From an uncultured Spirochaetota bacterium (GTDB lineage Bacteria; Spirochaetota; B62-G9; DRHN01), in the NCBI GenBank assembly GCA_964583615.1, contig CAZOWM010000013.1, positions 6,237-70,236 of the forward strand: 64,000 nucleotides of DNA. Reading direction: 5' to 3'. The stretch's first letter is position 1; the number at the start of each line of letters is the position of its first letter. The notes under the pieces were generated by a model. That model ran no database searches, was not told where the DNA came from, and worked only from the letters and a program-made list of their open reading frames with translations. The position numbers and the translations under genes were made by a program. Positions 38,347 to 47,657 of the stretch are shown here, one piece after another.

Positions 38347-39195
38347 TCAATACACGACTCCCGCATAGCCCACGAAACTGGAATCCGGGTGAATGTCGTA
38401 GCTTGTCGTGTACTCGACAAGTACCCCTCTTTCAGCCCCAAGCGCGCGTACAGCAGCGACTGCCGCTGCTGCACTCCCCGGGCAGCAGGCGTTTCGCATT
38501 TTCGCCGCTCTCTTCGTCACCTCATTCGGCTCGACGCTGAGAAAGGCATCGATCATAGCCCGGTCATTTGTCTGCTTTACCCACTCCACGCTCTCTGTGC
38601 CTGTTCCCTCCGGTGTGAATCCATAGTTCGGTCCATAATGTGTAAGATCCGTGCTTCCGACAACGCATGCGTTCATTTTCTTGTCTTCAATAAGCTTCGC
38701 AACAGCCTTTCCGATCTCTACCGACCGTTTCCCCGGGGAGATTCCCGCAAGTACGACAGTCGTGTGGGGGAAAAAATATTTTAAAAACGGTAGCTGAAGC
38801 TCAATCGTGTTGTCCCTGGTATAGGAAGAGGCGTCCTCCCTGATGAAGTCGAATGAAGAAAAAAGCGCACCTGTCGCCTCCCTGTTCACCATGACGGCTC
38901 CGAGAGGGGTCTGCACTCCGTCGTCAACAAAGAGAAAATCCGGGCCATCGGAAGGAAGATGCATCCCGAACAAAAAAACCGTGTCCGGGACATTTTTCGC
39001 CTGTATGCTCATGAATACGGACAGAGCGGTCCTGCCGGAAAAAAACCAACCGGCATGGGGAACGATCCCGCCGATCCCCTTGTATTCAACCTTCGGGAGG
39101 GTTACTTTGCTCTTCAACTGCTCTATCATCGCAACGCACTCTCTTTTCGATCCCGGATACCAGGCTCCTGAAAAATCCGCGCCCCGTATTCCCAT
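38347..39195 (-). CDS. MEMO1-family protein (AmmeMemoRadiSam system protein B)
   Basis: GIVPHAGWFFSG motif and full-length MEMO-like extradiol-dioxygenase-type fold. Start set at MGIRGADFSGAWYPG. Confidence 0.75.
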   Translation of the reverse strand: MGIRGADFSGAWYPGSKRECVAMIEQLKSKVTLPKVEYKGIGGIVPHAGWFFSGRTALSVFMSIQAKNVPDTVFLFGMHLPSDGPDFLFVDDGVQTPLGAVMVNREATGALFSSFDFIREDASSYTRDNTIELQLPFLKYFFPHTTVVLAGISPGKRSVEIGKAVAKLIEDKKMNACVVGSTDLTHYGPNYGFTPEGTGTESVEWVKQTNDRAMIDAFLSVEPNEVTKRAAKMRNACCPGSAAAAVAAVRALGAERGVLVEYTTSYDIHPDSSFVGYAGVVY

Positions 39196-39622
39196 AGCAT
39201 CCCTCCTGTGTGAGATTTTCCGTGTGCTCACAGTGAGAATCAGCACTGTACCTTCATTATACCATTCATCTGCCTCGCACACCACTCTAAAGTGCACGAT
39301 GAACGCTCTTTCAGCTCTCTTCAGTATGAAAAACGCAGACCGGTAACTCCCATGCGATTTCTTGAATTGCTCCAGCTCATTTTTCAGACAAAACAGATCA
39401 AGGGGGGCAGAGCAGACTCCGCATCCGTTATTGCCTCCTCGAGGTGCACGTAGTACTCATGCCACCATACGGTTTCTTGTATCGTCTATCTTGACCGTTT
39501 CATTTGATCATGTTTGGCGAATTTCTTCACATGTGATTGTATCGGTGATTCCGGCGGATTTCCTTTTGTATTGAAATTGGAATGATTGATTATTACATTA
39601 TGAAAAGAATAGCAGGAAATGT

Positions 39623-40372
39623 TTGGAAAAGCAGAGAGGAAAAATGGCCGGGGAAAAAACAATACACACAGTCGTTGAAAACACGTTTCTCGAGATGCTG
39701 AAAGCGGTTTTCGGGGAAAATCTCGTTATGGTGTCCATTTACGGAAGCTATGTAAGAGGAAATTTTGTCGGGGGAGTGTCAGATGTGAACATTCTCATAC
39801 TGCTCGAAAAACCCGACGCCGGACAGTTAGAAACCTTTGGCCGTGACGGATACAGGCTCATGAGAAAGTACAAAATTACCCCCCTCATTCTCTCGAAAAC
39901 AGAGTTCGTGAACTCCGCGGACGTGTTCCCCATGGAATATCTCGATATGATGGACCGAAATAAAATACTTTTCGGTAAGGATATCACAGCAAAGCTTACA
40001 CTCAGCCTGAAAAACCTTCGCCACCAGGTCGAGGACCGGCTCAGGGGCGCCGTCGCTTCACTTCGCCAGGCCGTCGTCGCATCCCGGGGAAAGGAAAGAA
40101 TCCTCAGGAAGTGGCTGAAGAACTGGTACGGTTCGATGGGAGCGCTGTTTCGCGGCGTGCTCCGCCTGAAAGGGGTCAAAAAGATCCCGGTGGACGCTGA
40201 AGAAGCCGTGCGTATGATACAAAAGGAGCTGAAAATCGACATAGACCCCTTCCTGCGGCTCATCGCTTTAAGAAGGGGTGAAAAACTTCATACAGGTGAA
40301 CTTCTCGGAGACCTTCTCTCCAGTTTAAGAAACCTTATCGCCGCCGTCGATACCATGAATTTCGGGGAATAA
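39623..40372 (+). CDS. Nucleotidyltransferase-fold protein (hypothetical)
   Basis: GS-x9-13-D-x-D/N-type NTase motif (YGSYVRGNFVGGVSDVNILIL) plus about 150-aa helical C-terminal domain. Confidence 0.45.
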   Translation: MEKQRGKMAGEKTIHTVVENTFLEMLKAVFGENLVMVSIYGSYVRGNFVGGVSDVNILILLEKPDAGQLETFGRDGYRLMRKYKITPLILSKTEFVNSADVFPMEYLDMMDRNKILFGKDITAKLTLSLKNLRHQVEDRLRGAVASLRQAVVASRGKERILRKWLKNWYGSMGALFRGVLRLKGVKKIPVDAEEAVRMIQKELKIDIDPFLRLIALRRGEKLHTGELLGDLLSSLRNLIAAVDTMNFGE

Positions 40373-40375
40373 CAA

Positions 40376-41131
40376 ATGAAGAGAGTACGCATCGCCACAC
40401 TGATTATGATCACGCTGCTCATCGCGATTCCCCTCTATTCACAAAAGCTCCCAGAACCGACGGGATACGTGAACGACTTTGCAGGGGTCATCGACACGGG
40501 ATCAAAAAACCAGATGGACCGAATTGCCAAAGCTGTTCAGGAAAGCACTGGTGCGGAAATAGCAGTTGTTACGGTTGAAACCATTGAACCCTATGGAAGC
40601 ATCGAGGAGTATTCTGTGGAACTTGCATCCGAGTGGGGAATCGGAAAGGCGGGAGAAGACACCGGAGTGCTCCTCCTTCTTGCGATGCAGGAACGACGGG
40701 TCCGTATCGAAGTCGGCTACGGTCTCGAAGGGACCATACCCGACGGGCTTGCGGGTGAAATCATCGATAACTCAATCCTTCCGAGTCTTCGGGTCGGAGA
40801 GTACGGAACCGGCTTCCTCAAGGGTGTCCAGGCAGTGAGCGGGATCATTGCAGAAGAATACGGTGTTGACCTAGACTCGTCCTACATCGTGGAGAGCAAA
40901 AAATACACACGGCAGATATCCTCAGGATTGAGCCGTCTCATTATCATCCTCATATTTCTCGTCCTCTTCGGCGGCGGAAGATTTCTCCTTCCGCTTCTCT
41001 TTGTGGGAGCTGTCTCACGAAGAGGTTTCTATGGCGGAGGGTTCGGTTCAGGAGGAAGCAGTTTCGGCGGAGGCTTTTCCGGATTCGGAGGTGGGGGGTT
41101 CGGCGGCGGCGGCGCCTCACGGGGTTTTTAA
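40376..41131 (+). CDS. TPM-domain (YgcG-like phosphatase-fold) membrane protein with Gly-rich C-terminus
   Basis: Signal/TM helix and TPM domain (GYVNDFAGVID…EIAVVTV…GVLLLLA…RIEVGYGLEG). TM helix followed by a GGGFGSGG low-complexity tail. Confidence 0.8.
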   Translation: MKRVRIATLIMITLLIAIPLYSQKLPEPTGYVNDFAGVIDTGSKNQMDRIAKAVQESTGAEIAVVTVETIEPYGSIEEYSVELASEWGIGKAGEDTGVLLLLAMQERRVRIEVGYGLEGTIPDGLAGEIIDNSILPSLRVGEYGTGFLKGVQAVSGIIAEEYGVDLDSSYIVESKKYTRQISSGLSRLIIILIFLVLFGGGRFLLPLLFVGAVSRRGFYGGGFGSGGSSFGGGFSGFGGGGFGGGGASRGF

Positions 41132-41173
41132 GCGCCCGTTTCCGGGAAGTTACTTTAAAAAACGGAGCAGAGT

Positions 41174-41758
41174 ATGGTAAAAGGTAAATTGTTGGGTATT
41201 CTTGTTGTCGTTGGCATTATTGTCGTACTTGGCGTCATCATATCAGGATGGTTCATAACCACGAGAAACACGCTCATCACGCTCGAAGAAACCATCGATG
41301 CGTCCTGGGCGGAAATAGACAATCAGCTGAAAAGGCGAAGCGACCTGATACCAAACCTCGTTGCCACGGTCAAGGGGTTTGCCACACAGGAGCGGGAGGT
41401 GTTTACGCAGATTGCGGAAGCCCGTTCCAAGCTGGCGGGGGCCACAACAGTGGGTGAAACAGCACAGGGATACAACCAGCTTCAGTCCGCACTGGGCAGG
41501 TTGCTGGTCATCGTCGAGGCTTACCCTGAGCTGAAATCAAATGAAAACTTCATACGCCTTCAAGATGAGCTCGCGGGAACGGAGAACCGCATTGCCGTCG
41601 CGAGAAAACGATACAACGACAGCGTGCGGGTGTTCAACACGAAAATTCGCATGTTCCCCACCTCCACCGTCGCAAACATGATGGGACTGGAAAAAAGGGA
41701 GTATTTCGAGATCGAGGAAGGTGCACGCGAAGTACCTGAGGTGGATTTCGGCAGCTGA
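41174..41758 (+). CDS. LemA-family protein
   Basis: N-terminal TM helix followed by the conserved LemA helical domain (…WAEIDNQLKRRSDLIPNLV…). Commonly paired with TPM proteins. Confidence 0.85.
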   Translation: MVKGKLLGILVVVGIIVVLGVIISGWFITTRNTLITLEETIDASWAEIDNQLKRRSDLIPNLVATVKGFATQEREVFTQIAEARSKLAGATTVGETAQGYNQLQSALGRLLVIVEAYPELKSNENFIRLQDELAGTENRIAVARKRYNDSVRVFNTKIRMFPTSTVANMMGLEKREYFEIEEGAREVPEVDFGS

Positions 41759-41874
41759 GATCGGAGAAAAACTCACACGAGCACTCCGCTCTCAATGTCT
41801 TATTAATCAATCGCCCCCCGGGTTACGATAATATATAAAGAGAGAAGTACTGTTTCGAATGGATCAACGATCGT

Positions 41875-43020
41875 ATGCCCATGACAACATTACTCCATCC
41901 TCACAAAAAGCGGACAGATTCATACCGTATTCTTATTGTCGATGATGATGAGCTGATCATCGAAAGTTTTGAGCGGGTATTTCAGGAATACGAAAACAAC
42001 TTCGAGGTCGACAAGACAACCGACAGCAAAGAAGCGGTTCGATTAATTGAGGAAAGGGAATACGACCTCATCATTACCGACATTGTCATGCCCGATATAG
42101 ACGGGATTCAGATTCTTCAAAAAGTGAAACAGGTGCAGCCGGACTCTGAAGTGATTCTGATAACTGCTTATAGCTCAACAGGTTCAGCGCTTGACGCGAT
42201 GCATTTCGGCGCCTTCGATTACATAACGAAACCCTTCGACCTTTCCGAGCTCAAAGTCCGTATCATGCGGGCAATCAACAAGAGGAAGGCTATACTCGAA
42301 AAGAAGAGAAAAATTGACGAAATCGAGCGACTCTGCTACACCATTTCCCATGATTTTAAGTCCACTCTCGTCTCGATAAAAGGGTTCACGAAGATTCTCA
42401 TACAGGATCACTACACTCAGCTTGCCAGCGAGGGGCAGTTTCTGATCAACCGGATCAATGCAAATATCACCACAATGGAATCAATTGTCGAGGGGCTGCT
42501 CGAGTACATGAAAATTGGGAGCTGGCAAATCAAAAAGGAGAACATCAACAGCGGCGATATCATCCGTGAAGTCGCTGCAAATTTTACCCCAGCGCTAAAG
42601 GGGCATGAAATCAACATGATCATCGCAAAGAGGCTCCCGGAAGTGTACTTTTACAGAAACGGGCTCAGGCTGGTGTTTACGAACCTGATTGACAATGCAA
42701 TAAAATACTCTTCCGGCGAGATAAACTCTTATATCAAGGTCGGGATTGATGAGAAGGCGCTACCCGACAATCACTTTCATCACTTCTACGTCGAAGACAA
42801 CGGCACCGGAATCGGTGAAAAAAACCTCGACATCATTTTTGAGATATTTCAGCGAGGTACACTCGGCACTCAGAAACACGGGTATGGAATCGGACTTGCG
42901 ATTGTCAGAAAAATACTCAAGACCATGCACTGCTCAATCCGCGCCGAATCTGAAGAGGGAAAACCGACACGCTTTACGTTCACCCTTCCAAAAGCGGTTA
43001 AAACTTCACCTCGGTCCTGA
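41875..43020 (+). CDS. Response-regulator receiver fused to histidine kinase (REC-HisKA-HATPase)
   Basis: REC (ILIVDDDELI…DIVMPDIDG), H-box ISHDFKSTL, and ATPase N/G boxes (DNAIKYS; EDNGTGIG; GYGIGLAIV). Confidence 0.8.
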   Translation: MPMTTLLHPHKKRTDSYRILIVDDDELIIESFERVFQEYENNFEVDKTTDSKEAVRLIEEREYDLIITDIVMPDIDGIQILQKVKQVQPDSEVILITAYSSTGSALDAMHFGAFDYITKPFDLSELKVRIMRAINKRKAILEKKRKIDEIERLCYTISHDFKSTLVSIKGFTKILIQDHYTQLASEGQFLINRINANITTMESIVEGLLEYMKIGSWQIKKENINSGDIIREVAANFTPALKGHEINMIIAKRLPEVYFYRNGLRLVFTNLIDNAIKYSSGEINSYIKVGIDEKALPDNHFHHFYVEDNGTGIGEKNLDIIFEIFQRGTLGTQKHGYGIGLAIVRKILKTMHCSIRAESEEGKPTRFTFTLPKAVKTSPRS

Positions 43021-45946
43021 CACCGGCGAATACACCGCTTTTCCCCTCAGGACCGTATGTATGGGCATATCCAATGCCGACCCGAAGCGGGAAATGGTAC
43101 CCAATGAGAAAATTCAATTTAAGCTCTGCGCCGACCGAAGCACGAATAAAGCCGAAGGGATCGGAAAACAGCTCACCCAGATCACCTGCGACGAACTCTT
43201 TTCCCGGAGAATCGGACATAATGATACCCGCATCATAGAACCCGTTCAGGGTGATATTCTTAAAATACAGCGGAAACGCATGAATCCCGCGTTCCACGTA
43301 CAACAGTGGAAATCCGAGCGTTGTTTTGAAGTCCATTCCGAATGAACCTTCAACCTCTTCAGGATATCCAACCGTGTACACAGGATCCAGAGGGGCGAAC
43401 ACTGCGGGGCTTTCGTATCCAGAAACGGCCAGTCCTCCCGTTTCCCCTGAAAAAATTTTCGAGTTGATTCTGAAATTGAGGAGCACTGCGCCAAACGGCC
43501 GAGAGTACATTGACATACTGGTGTCAAAGGCGGTAAAATTTTTCCCCGATTGAGGGTGGTGGTATACTCCCTGCTGAAAAATGATTCCTCTGTCCGGCCC
43601 TATCCACCGTATTGACTGTTTCGTACTCGCAAGTGAAAGGGATGCAGCAATTCCCTCATAGGAATTCTCGAATATCCCCGCAATCTCCGTTGTAAAAACG
43701 AAATCATGTTTCCGCAAAGCATAGGTGATCCCGGGTGAAAATGCAAAATAAGGATCGAACCCATCCTGGTCTGATGCCTGTGCGGTGAAGAATCTTCCAA
43801 AATAGGAGAAGTGCGGGCTGTTGTAGGAGTAGGAAAATACCGCCTTGTACTCAGCATCATATACGTCGTATACAAGCCCGAGGCTGTACTCATGCTTCTT
43901 AAGCAGATCATTCCCGCGGGTGTAGAATCCTATACCAAAGCCTACACTGTTCCCCATCATGAACGGAAGCCAACCGCCGGGTAAAAGCCATCTTCCCGGC
44001 CTGTAACGGGTGATCCTGTATGAGGAATCAGCTGCACTGCGCTGTACAGCTTCCGTGCTCGTGCCCGCCACCGGCCCTATTTCTACGTCCTGTTCCCAGT
44101 ATAGGGTATCGAGTTCATCCATGTGCATATTGGACACCTGAAATCCTTCCGCCGAGTATACTCCGCACACGACCAGGGCGTTTTCCGAAACACACGGTTC
44201 GAACATACCGGTGAGAATATTTGTCCTGCGCCCTGTCTTTCCCGAAAAAATATTCACCGTGTACAGGTTGTACACACCATTTTCATCACCCACAAACATG
44301 AGCTCTCCGCTGCCAAGCCAGCAGGGGGAGTATGCCCTGTAGCGTGAATCCGTGACACGCACAAATGCGGCATGCCCCTCCTCGAGGTCCCGTAAAAGAG
44401 TATAGCAGATACCCCGTGTTCCACCTGCGTCCCGAAATGAAAAAGCAACCAGTCTTCCGTCGGGAGAAAGCACCGGATCTTCAAGCAGAAAACCCGCTTC
44501 CAGCGCTCCATCCTCGAAGGACTTCACGCAGGAGAAGCGCTTGTTTTTCCCATCAATGTCGAAAAAGCTGAGCTCCGTACCCCACGGAGAAGAACGGCAC
44601 ACGAGAAACCGATTTTCCTCTTCAAGGACACTGAATCCCTGAGCACCGCCTTCAGCAGTGATCCGTTTCTCTTTTCCTGTGCGCAGTTCGAGTTCATATA
44701 TATTGCTGCGAATGCAGAGGTTTTTTTCGATATCGGACCGCAGATAAAAGATCCTTGTTCCATCATTCGAAAATCTGATGTTGAATGAATAGAGCCCCTT
44801 TTTCATGCAGCGGGTTGTTCCTGTTTTCGGATCGAAGAGATAAAGTCCCCCGAGCCGGTTCAGCGGCCTCAAGGAGTAGGCAACCAAATCCCCGAGGGGA
44901 TTGATCGCAAGGGAATACAATAATCCCTTCTCTTCGGAAAGCAGCTCATATTCGGTGACTTCCGCCCTTTTTATACGGTTGACAACTTTTTCGCTTCGCG
45001 CCTCCTCTTTCCATTTCCACTCGTTCCACACTCGGTTTGCGCGCTTGCCGTATACACTTCGGAAAGGCTCCCCCCATGTATAGAACAGACAGGTTCCGCT
45101 CTTTCGGTTGAATTCGAAGAGTGTGCTCTCTCCGTATTCGCTGGCAAGATGCTGCACAAAAGAAGCACCGTACATGTATCTTGTCTGTCCCAAAGGCCAG
45201 ATTGCGGTATCGTTGGACGCAAGATCAATCGATGGAAACATACGCTGCAGGCATGCAGTCCGAATATACATCTCGCTCACCGGGGAGTGAGCTCTTCCGT
45301 ATCCATGCTGGTTTACAGTTTCGGAATACACCGCAAATCCCTCTCTATAGAACGGGGGCGTGCAGGAGTTAGGATAGATGACGTTCCCGAATACTTTGCT
45401 CATGACAAGCGGCAGTCCGCCTCGTAATTCTAGATGAAACACGTGAGAAAGTTCATGAAGAAGAACAAAGCTATACCATTCTCGGTAGGCATCGAGACCG
45501 GTTGAAACGGCTCGGTACGGATGAACCGCATATATCGTCACAAAGAGTCCTCTGGGGCCTTTCGCAACGTATCCGTTTGCAAAGTCACTTCTCGAGCTCA
45601 GGAGTATGTCTATTTTTTTTCCCGGTAAGTATCCTGTCCATGCGGTGAGGAGATGAAATATTTTCTCCGCCTCATCGGAAATGAGCAAAGAAAGGCGTTG
45701 CAGATGAACAGGGTAGAGCACACGGAAGTGCGCGCTCTCGACAACATACCATTGAAGCGTGCTGTCATCCTCCGGTCCACCGAAAAGAAAGATATTTCCT
45801 TCCTCAAGACTCGGTCCATTTCCCGAAGCCGTTTCCGCAGTACATACTTTTGGAAGGGAGAGGAGACACGCTCCCGAAAAGAACAGATATACTATCCACA
45901 GAACAAATGCATTCTTCAAAAGTACCTCCCGCAAAACCAGCAGCAC
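42998..45946 (-). CDS. Large exported protein: N-terminal HExxH metallopeptidase-like domain + PD40/TolB-like beta-propeller + C-terminal outer-membrane beta-barrel-like domain
   Basis: Signal/anchor at the N-terminus. LLHELSHVFHLE zincin motif around residue 165. Propeller-type repeats (…SPDGRLVAFSF…). About 350-aa C-terminus with alternating beta pattern ending …GVRTEVKF. Confidence 0.55.
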   Translation of the reverse strand: MLLVLREVLLKNAFVLWIVYLFFSGACLLSLPKVCTAETASGNGPSLEEGNIFLFGGPEDDSTLQWYVVESAHFRVLYPVHLQRLSLLISDEAEKIFHLLTAWTGYLPGKKIDILLSSRSDFANGYVAKGPRGLFVTIYAVHPYRAVSTGLDAYREWYSFVLLHELSHVFHLELRGGLPLVMSKVFGNVIYPNSCTPPFYREGFAVYSETVNQHGYGRAHSPVSEMYIRTACLQRMFPSIDLASNDTAIWPLGQTRYMYGASFVQHLASEYGESTLFEFNRKSGTCLFYTWGEPFRSVYGKRANRVWNEWKWKEEARSEKVVNRIKRAEVTEYELLSEEKGLLYSLAINPLGDLVAYSLRPLNRLGGLYLFDPKTGTTRCMKKGLYSFNIRFSNDGTRIFYLRSDIEKNLCIRSNIYELELRTGKEKRITAEGGAQGFSVLEEENRFLVCRSSPWGTELSFFDIDGKNKRFSCVKSFEDGALEAGFLLEDPVLSPDGRLVAFSFRDAGGTRGICYTLLRDLEEGHAAFVRVTDSRYRAYSPCWLGSGELMFVGDENGVYNLYTVNIFSGKTGRRTNILTGMFEPCVSENALVVCGVYSAEGFQVSNMHMDELDTLYWEQDVEIGPVAGTSTEAVQRSAADSSYRITRYRPGRWLLPGGWLPFMMGNSVGFGIGFYTRGNDLLKKHEYSLGLVYDVYDAEYKAVFSYSYNSPHFSYFGRFFTAQASDQDGFDPYFAFSPGITYALRKHDFVFTTEIAGIFENSYEGIAASLSLASTKQSIRWIGPDRGIIFQQGVYHHPQSGKNFTAFDTSMSMYSRPFGAVLLNFRINSKIFSGETGGLAVSGYESPAVFAPLDPVYTVGYPEEVEGSFGMDFKTTLGFPLLYVERGIHAFPLYFKNITLNGFYDAGIIMSDSPGKEFVAGDLGELFSDPFGFIRASVGAELKLNFLIGYHFPLRVGIGYAHTYGPEGKSGVFAGVRTEVKF

Positions 45947-46006
45947 TGTCTGTATTCAAGTATATACAAAAAGCGGGCGTATTCATCACTTTCACTGAAA
46001 AAATGC

Positions 46007-46047
46007 TTGACACTTATCAAATCGCAATGGTAGTATTAATACTACCA
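46007..46047 (+). promoter_or_regulatory. Sigma-70-like promoter (TTGACA-N18-TGGTAGTAT) with perfect 20-bp palindrome TGGTAGTATTAATACTACCA overlapping the -10
   Basis: TTGACA at 46007..46012, TGG+TAGTAT at 46028..46036. The palindrome 46028..46047 was verified by reverse complement. About 120-nt leader to the radical SAM paralog 2 start (GAGGGGG Shine-Dalgarno). Confidence 0.45.
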
Positions 46048-46164
46048 CAGAGAAATGGCGCATTCAGATGTTTTTCTATGTAAAAAGTAAAAAACTCCGT
46101 GGAGCGGGAACACACCGCGCATATCTTTCTTTTTCCCGTAACTTGTACGAAGAGGGGGTGAACG

Positions 46165-47604
46165 ATGAAAATCGGAGCAAAAGGTAAGAAAATTATTGCA
46201 AAGGTCGGACTCGAGCTGATGAAGGTCAACTTCATCATGAATCAATATCTGAAATGGGGTGAAAAAATAATTCTTAAAAACCTCGTTGAAAAAAACGAAA
46301 GGAACAGACCGATCGGCGCTCAGCAGGAGAAGTACTACATAGTGAGAAACCTCATGAAAGCCTTTGAGAGAAAGCTCAGGGCCAATGCGCTTGCCCCGGG
46401 GGTCAGGAATTTCGTGTTCAACAGGCTTATCGGCGATGTCATTATCAACTGGCGGGAGCGGCATCCGGACGCAGCGGCGAGAAGAGACCGCGAAGACCCT
46501 CTTCCGCTCTATGTGGTGATCAGTCCCACCCAGAAATGCAATCTTTCCTGCATCGGGTGCTATGCGGCGAGCTCCAACAAGACATTCGAATCACTCGACT
46601 GGGACACCGTCGACGAGATCATGCGGCAGAAGAAAGAGCTTTGGGGATCGTACTTTACCGTCATATCGGGCGGTGAACCGCTCATGTGGGAGAGCAACGG
46701 CAAGACCATTTTCGACCTGTACGAAAAGTACAGCGACACCTTTTTCCTGATGTACACGAACGGCACTCTCATCGATCGGGCAACCGCGAAGCGGTTTGCC
46801 GAACTCGGGAACGTTGCACCAGCAATATCGGTCGAGGGCTTCGAAGAGGATACCGATTACCGGCGTGGGAAGGGTGTGTACAAAAAAATTCTCACTGCAA
46901 TCGACCATCTACGCAATGAGGGAGTTCTCTACGGAATATCCTTTACTGCGACAAGACTGAACGCCGACAATATCCTCCACGATGACTTCATCGACGAGTT
47001 CTTCGACACGCAGGGGGCGGCATTTGCATGGATGTTCCAGTACATGCCGATCGGGAGGAAACCAGACTTCCAACTGATGCTCACCTCGGAGCAGCGAAGA
47101 AATCTCTGGTCCAGTGAACAACACATAATCAAGGACAAAGAGATCTTTTTTGTGGACTTCTGGAACGGAGGACCTATCAGTGACGGGTGCATCTGCGCCG
47201 GCAGGAAAGGCGGCTATATGTACTTTGACTGGTCCGGGAATGTGATGCCCTGTGTATTTGTTCCCTACTCAGTGGGAAACATCAACAAGGATTTCTTCGG
47301 CAAAGGGAAAAACCTCAACGATATCCTCGAAACCCCGTTCTTCACGAAGCTCCGTGAATGGCAGGCAGGGTACAGCTATAAAAAACCTTCACACGAAACA
47401 GGGAATGAGATCACTCCCTGTCCGATCAGGGATCATCACAGCGAATTTCACCGCATCGTTGAATCCACTCATGCAATCCCTGTAGGTAAGTCAACCGAGA
47501 AAGCGTTTCATGATGAAAACTATATTAAGGGGCTCACCAGAATCGGTGAAGAAGCCAACAAAGCAACAATCGACATCTGGCAGAAGCAGTATCAGAAAAT
47601 CTGA
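46165..47604 (+). CDS. Radical SAM enzyme with twitch/SPASM-type C-terminal domain and about 120-aa N-terminal extension (paralog 2)
   Basis: CNLSCIGCYA, ISGGEP, YTNGTLID, C-terminal DGCICAGR…MPCVFVP…TPCPI. Same domain order as the gene at 23778..25205. Confidence 0.85.
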   Translation: MKIGAKGKKIIAKVGLELMKVNFIMNQYLKWGEKIILKNLVEKNERNRPIGAQQEKYYIVRNLMKAFERKLRANALAPGVRNFVFNRLIGDVIINWRERHPDAAARRDREDPLPLYVVISPTQKCNLSCIGCYAASSNKTFESLDWDTVDEIMRQKKELWGSYFTVISGGEPLMWESNGKTIFDLYEKYSDTFFLMYTNGTLIDRATAKRFAELGNVAPAISVEGFEEDTDYRRGKGVYKKILTAIDHLRNEGVLYGISFTATRLNADNILHDDFIDEFFDTQGAAFAWMFQYMPIGRKPDFQLMLTSEQRRNLWSSEQHIIKDKEIFFVDFWNGGPISDGCICAGRKGGYMYFDWSGNVMPCVFVPYSVGNINKDFFGKGKNLNDILETPFFTKLREWQAGYSYKKPSHETGNEITPCPIRDHHSEFHRIVESTHAIPVGKSTEKAFHDENYIKGLTRIGEEANKATIDIWQKQYQKI

Positions 47605-47620
47605 TTGTGCTCCTTGAAGA

Positions 47621-47657
47621 AAAAAATGCCCGTTTGTTCTCACAGACGGGCTTTTTT
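47621..47657. terminator. Bidirectional rho-independent terminator between radical SAM paralog 2 and the convergent oxidoreductase gene
   Basis: GCCCGT…ACGGGC stem (47628..47651) flanked by AAAAAAA upstream and TTTTTTATT downstream. Confidence 0.6.

Noticed and set aside
40960-41131. Repetitive GGC/GGA-rich stretch that superficially resembles a short tandem repeat array
   Set aside because: It encodes the Gly-rich C-terminal tail of the TPM-domain protein (GGGFGSGGSSFGGGF…). This is low-complexity coding sequence, not a CRISPR or VNTR element.
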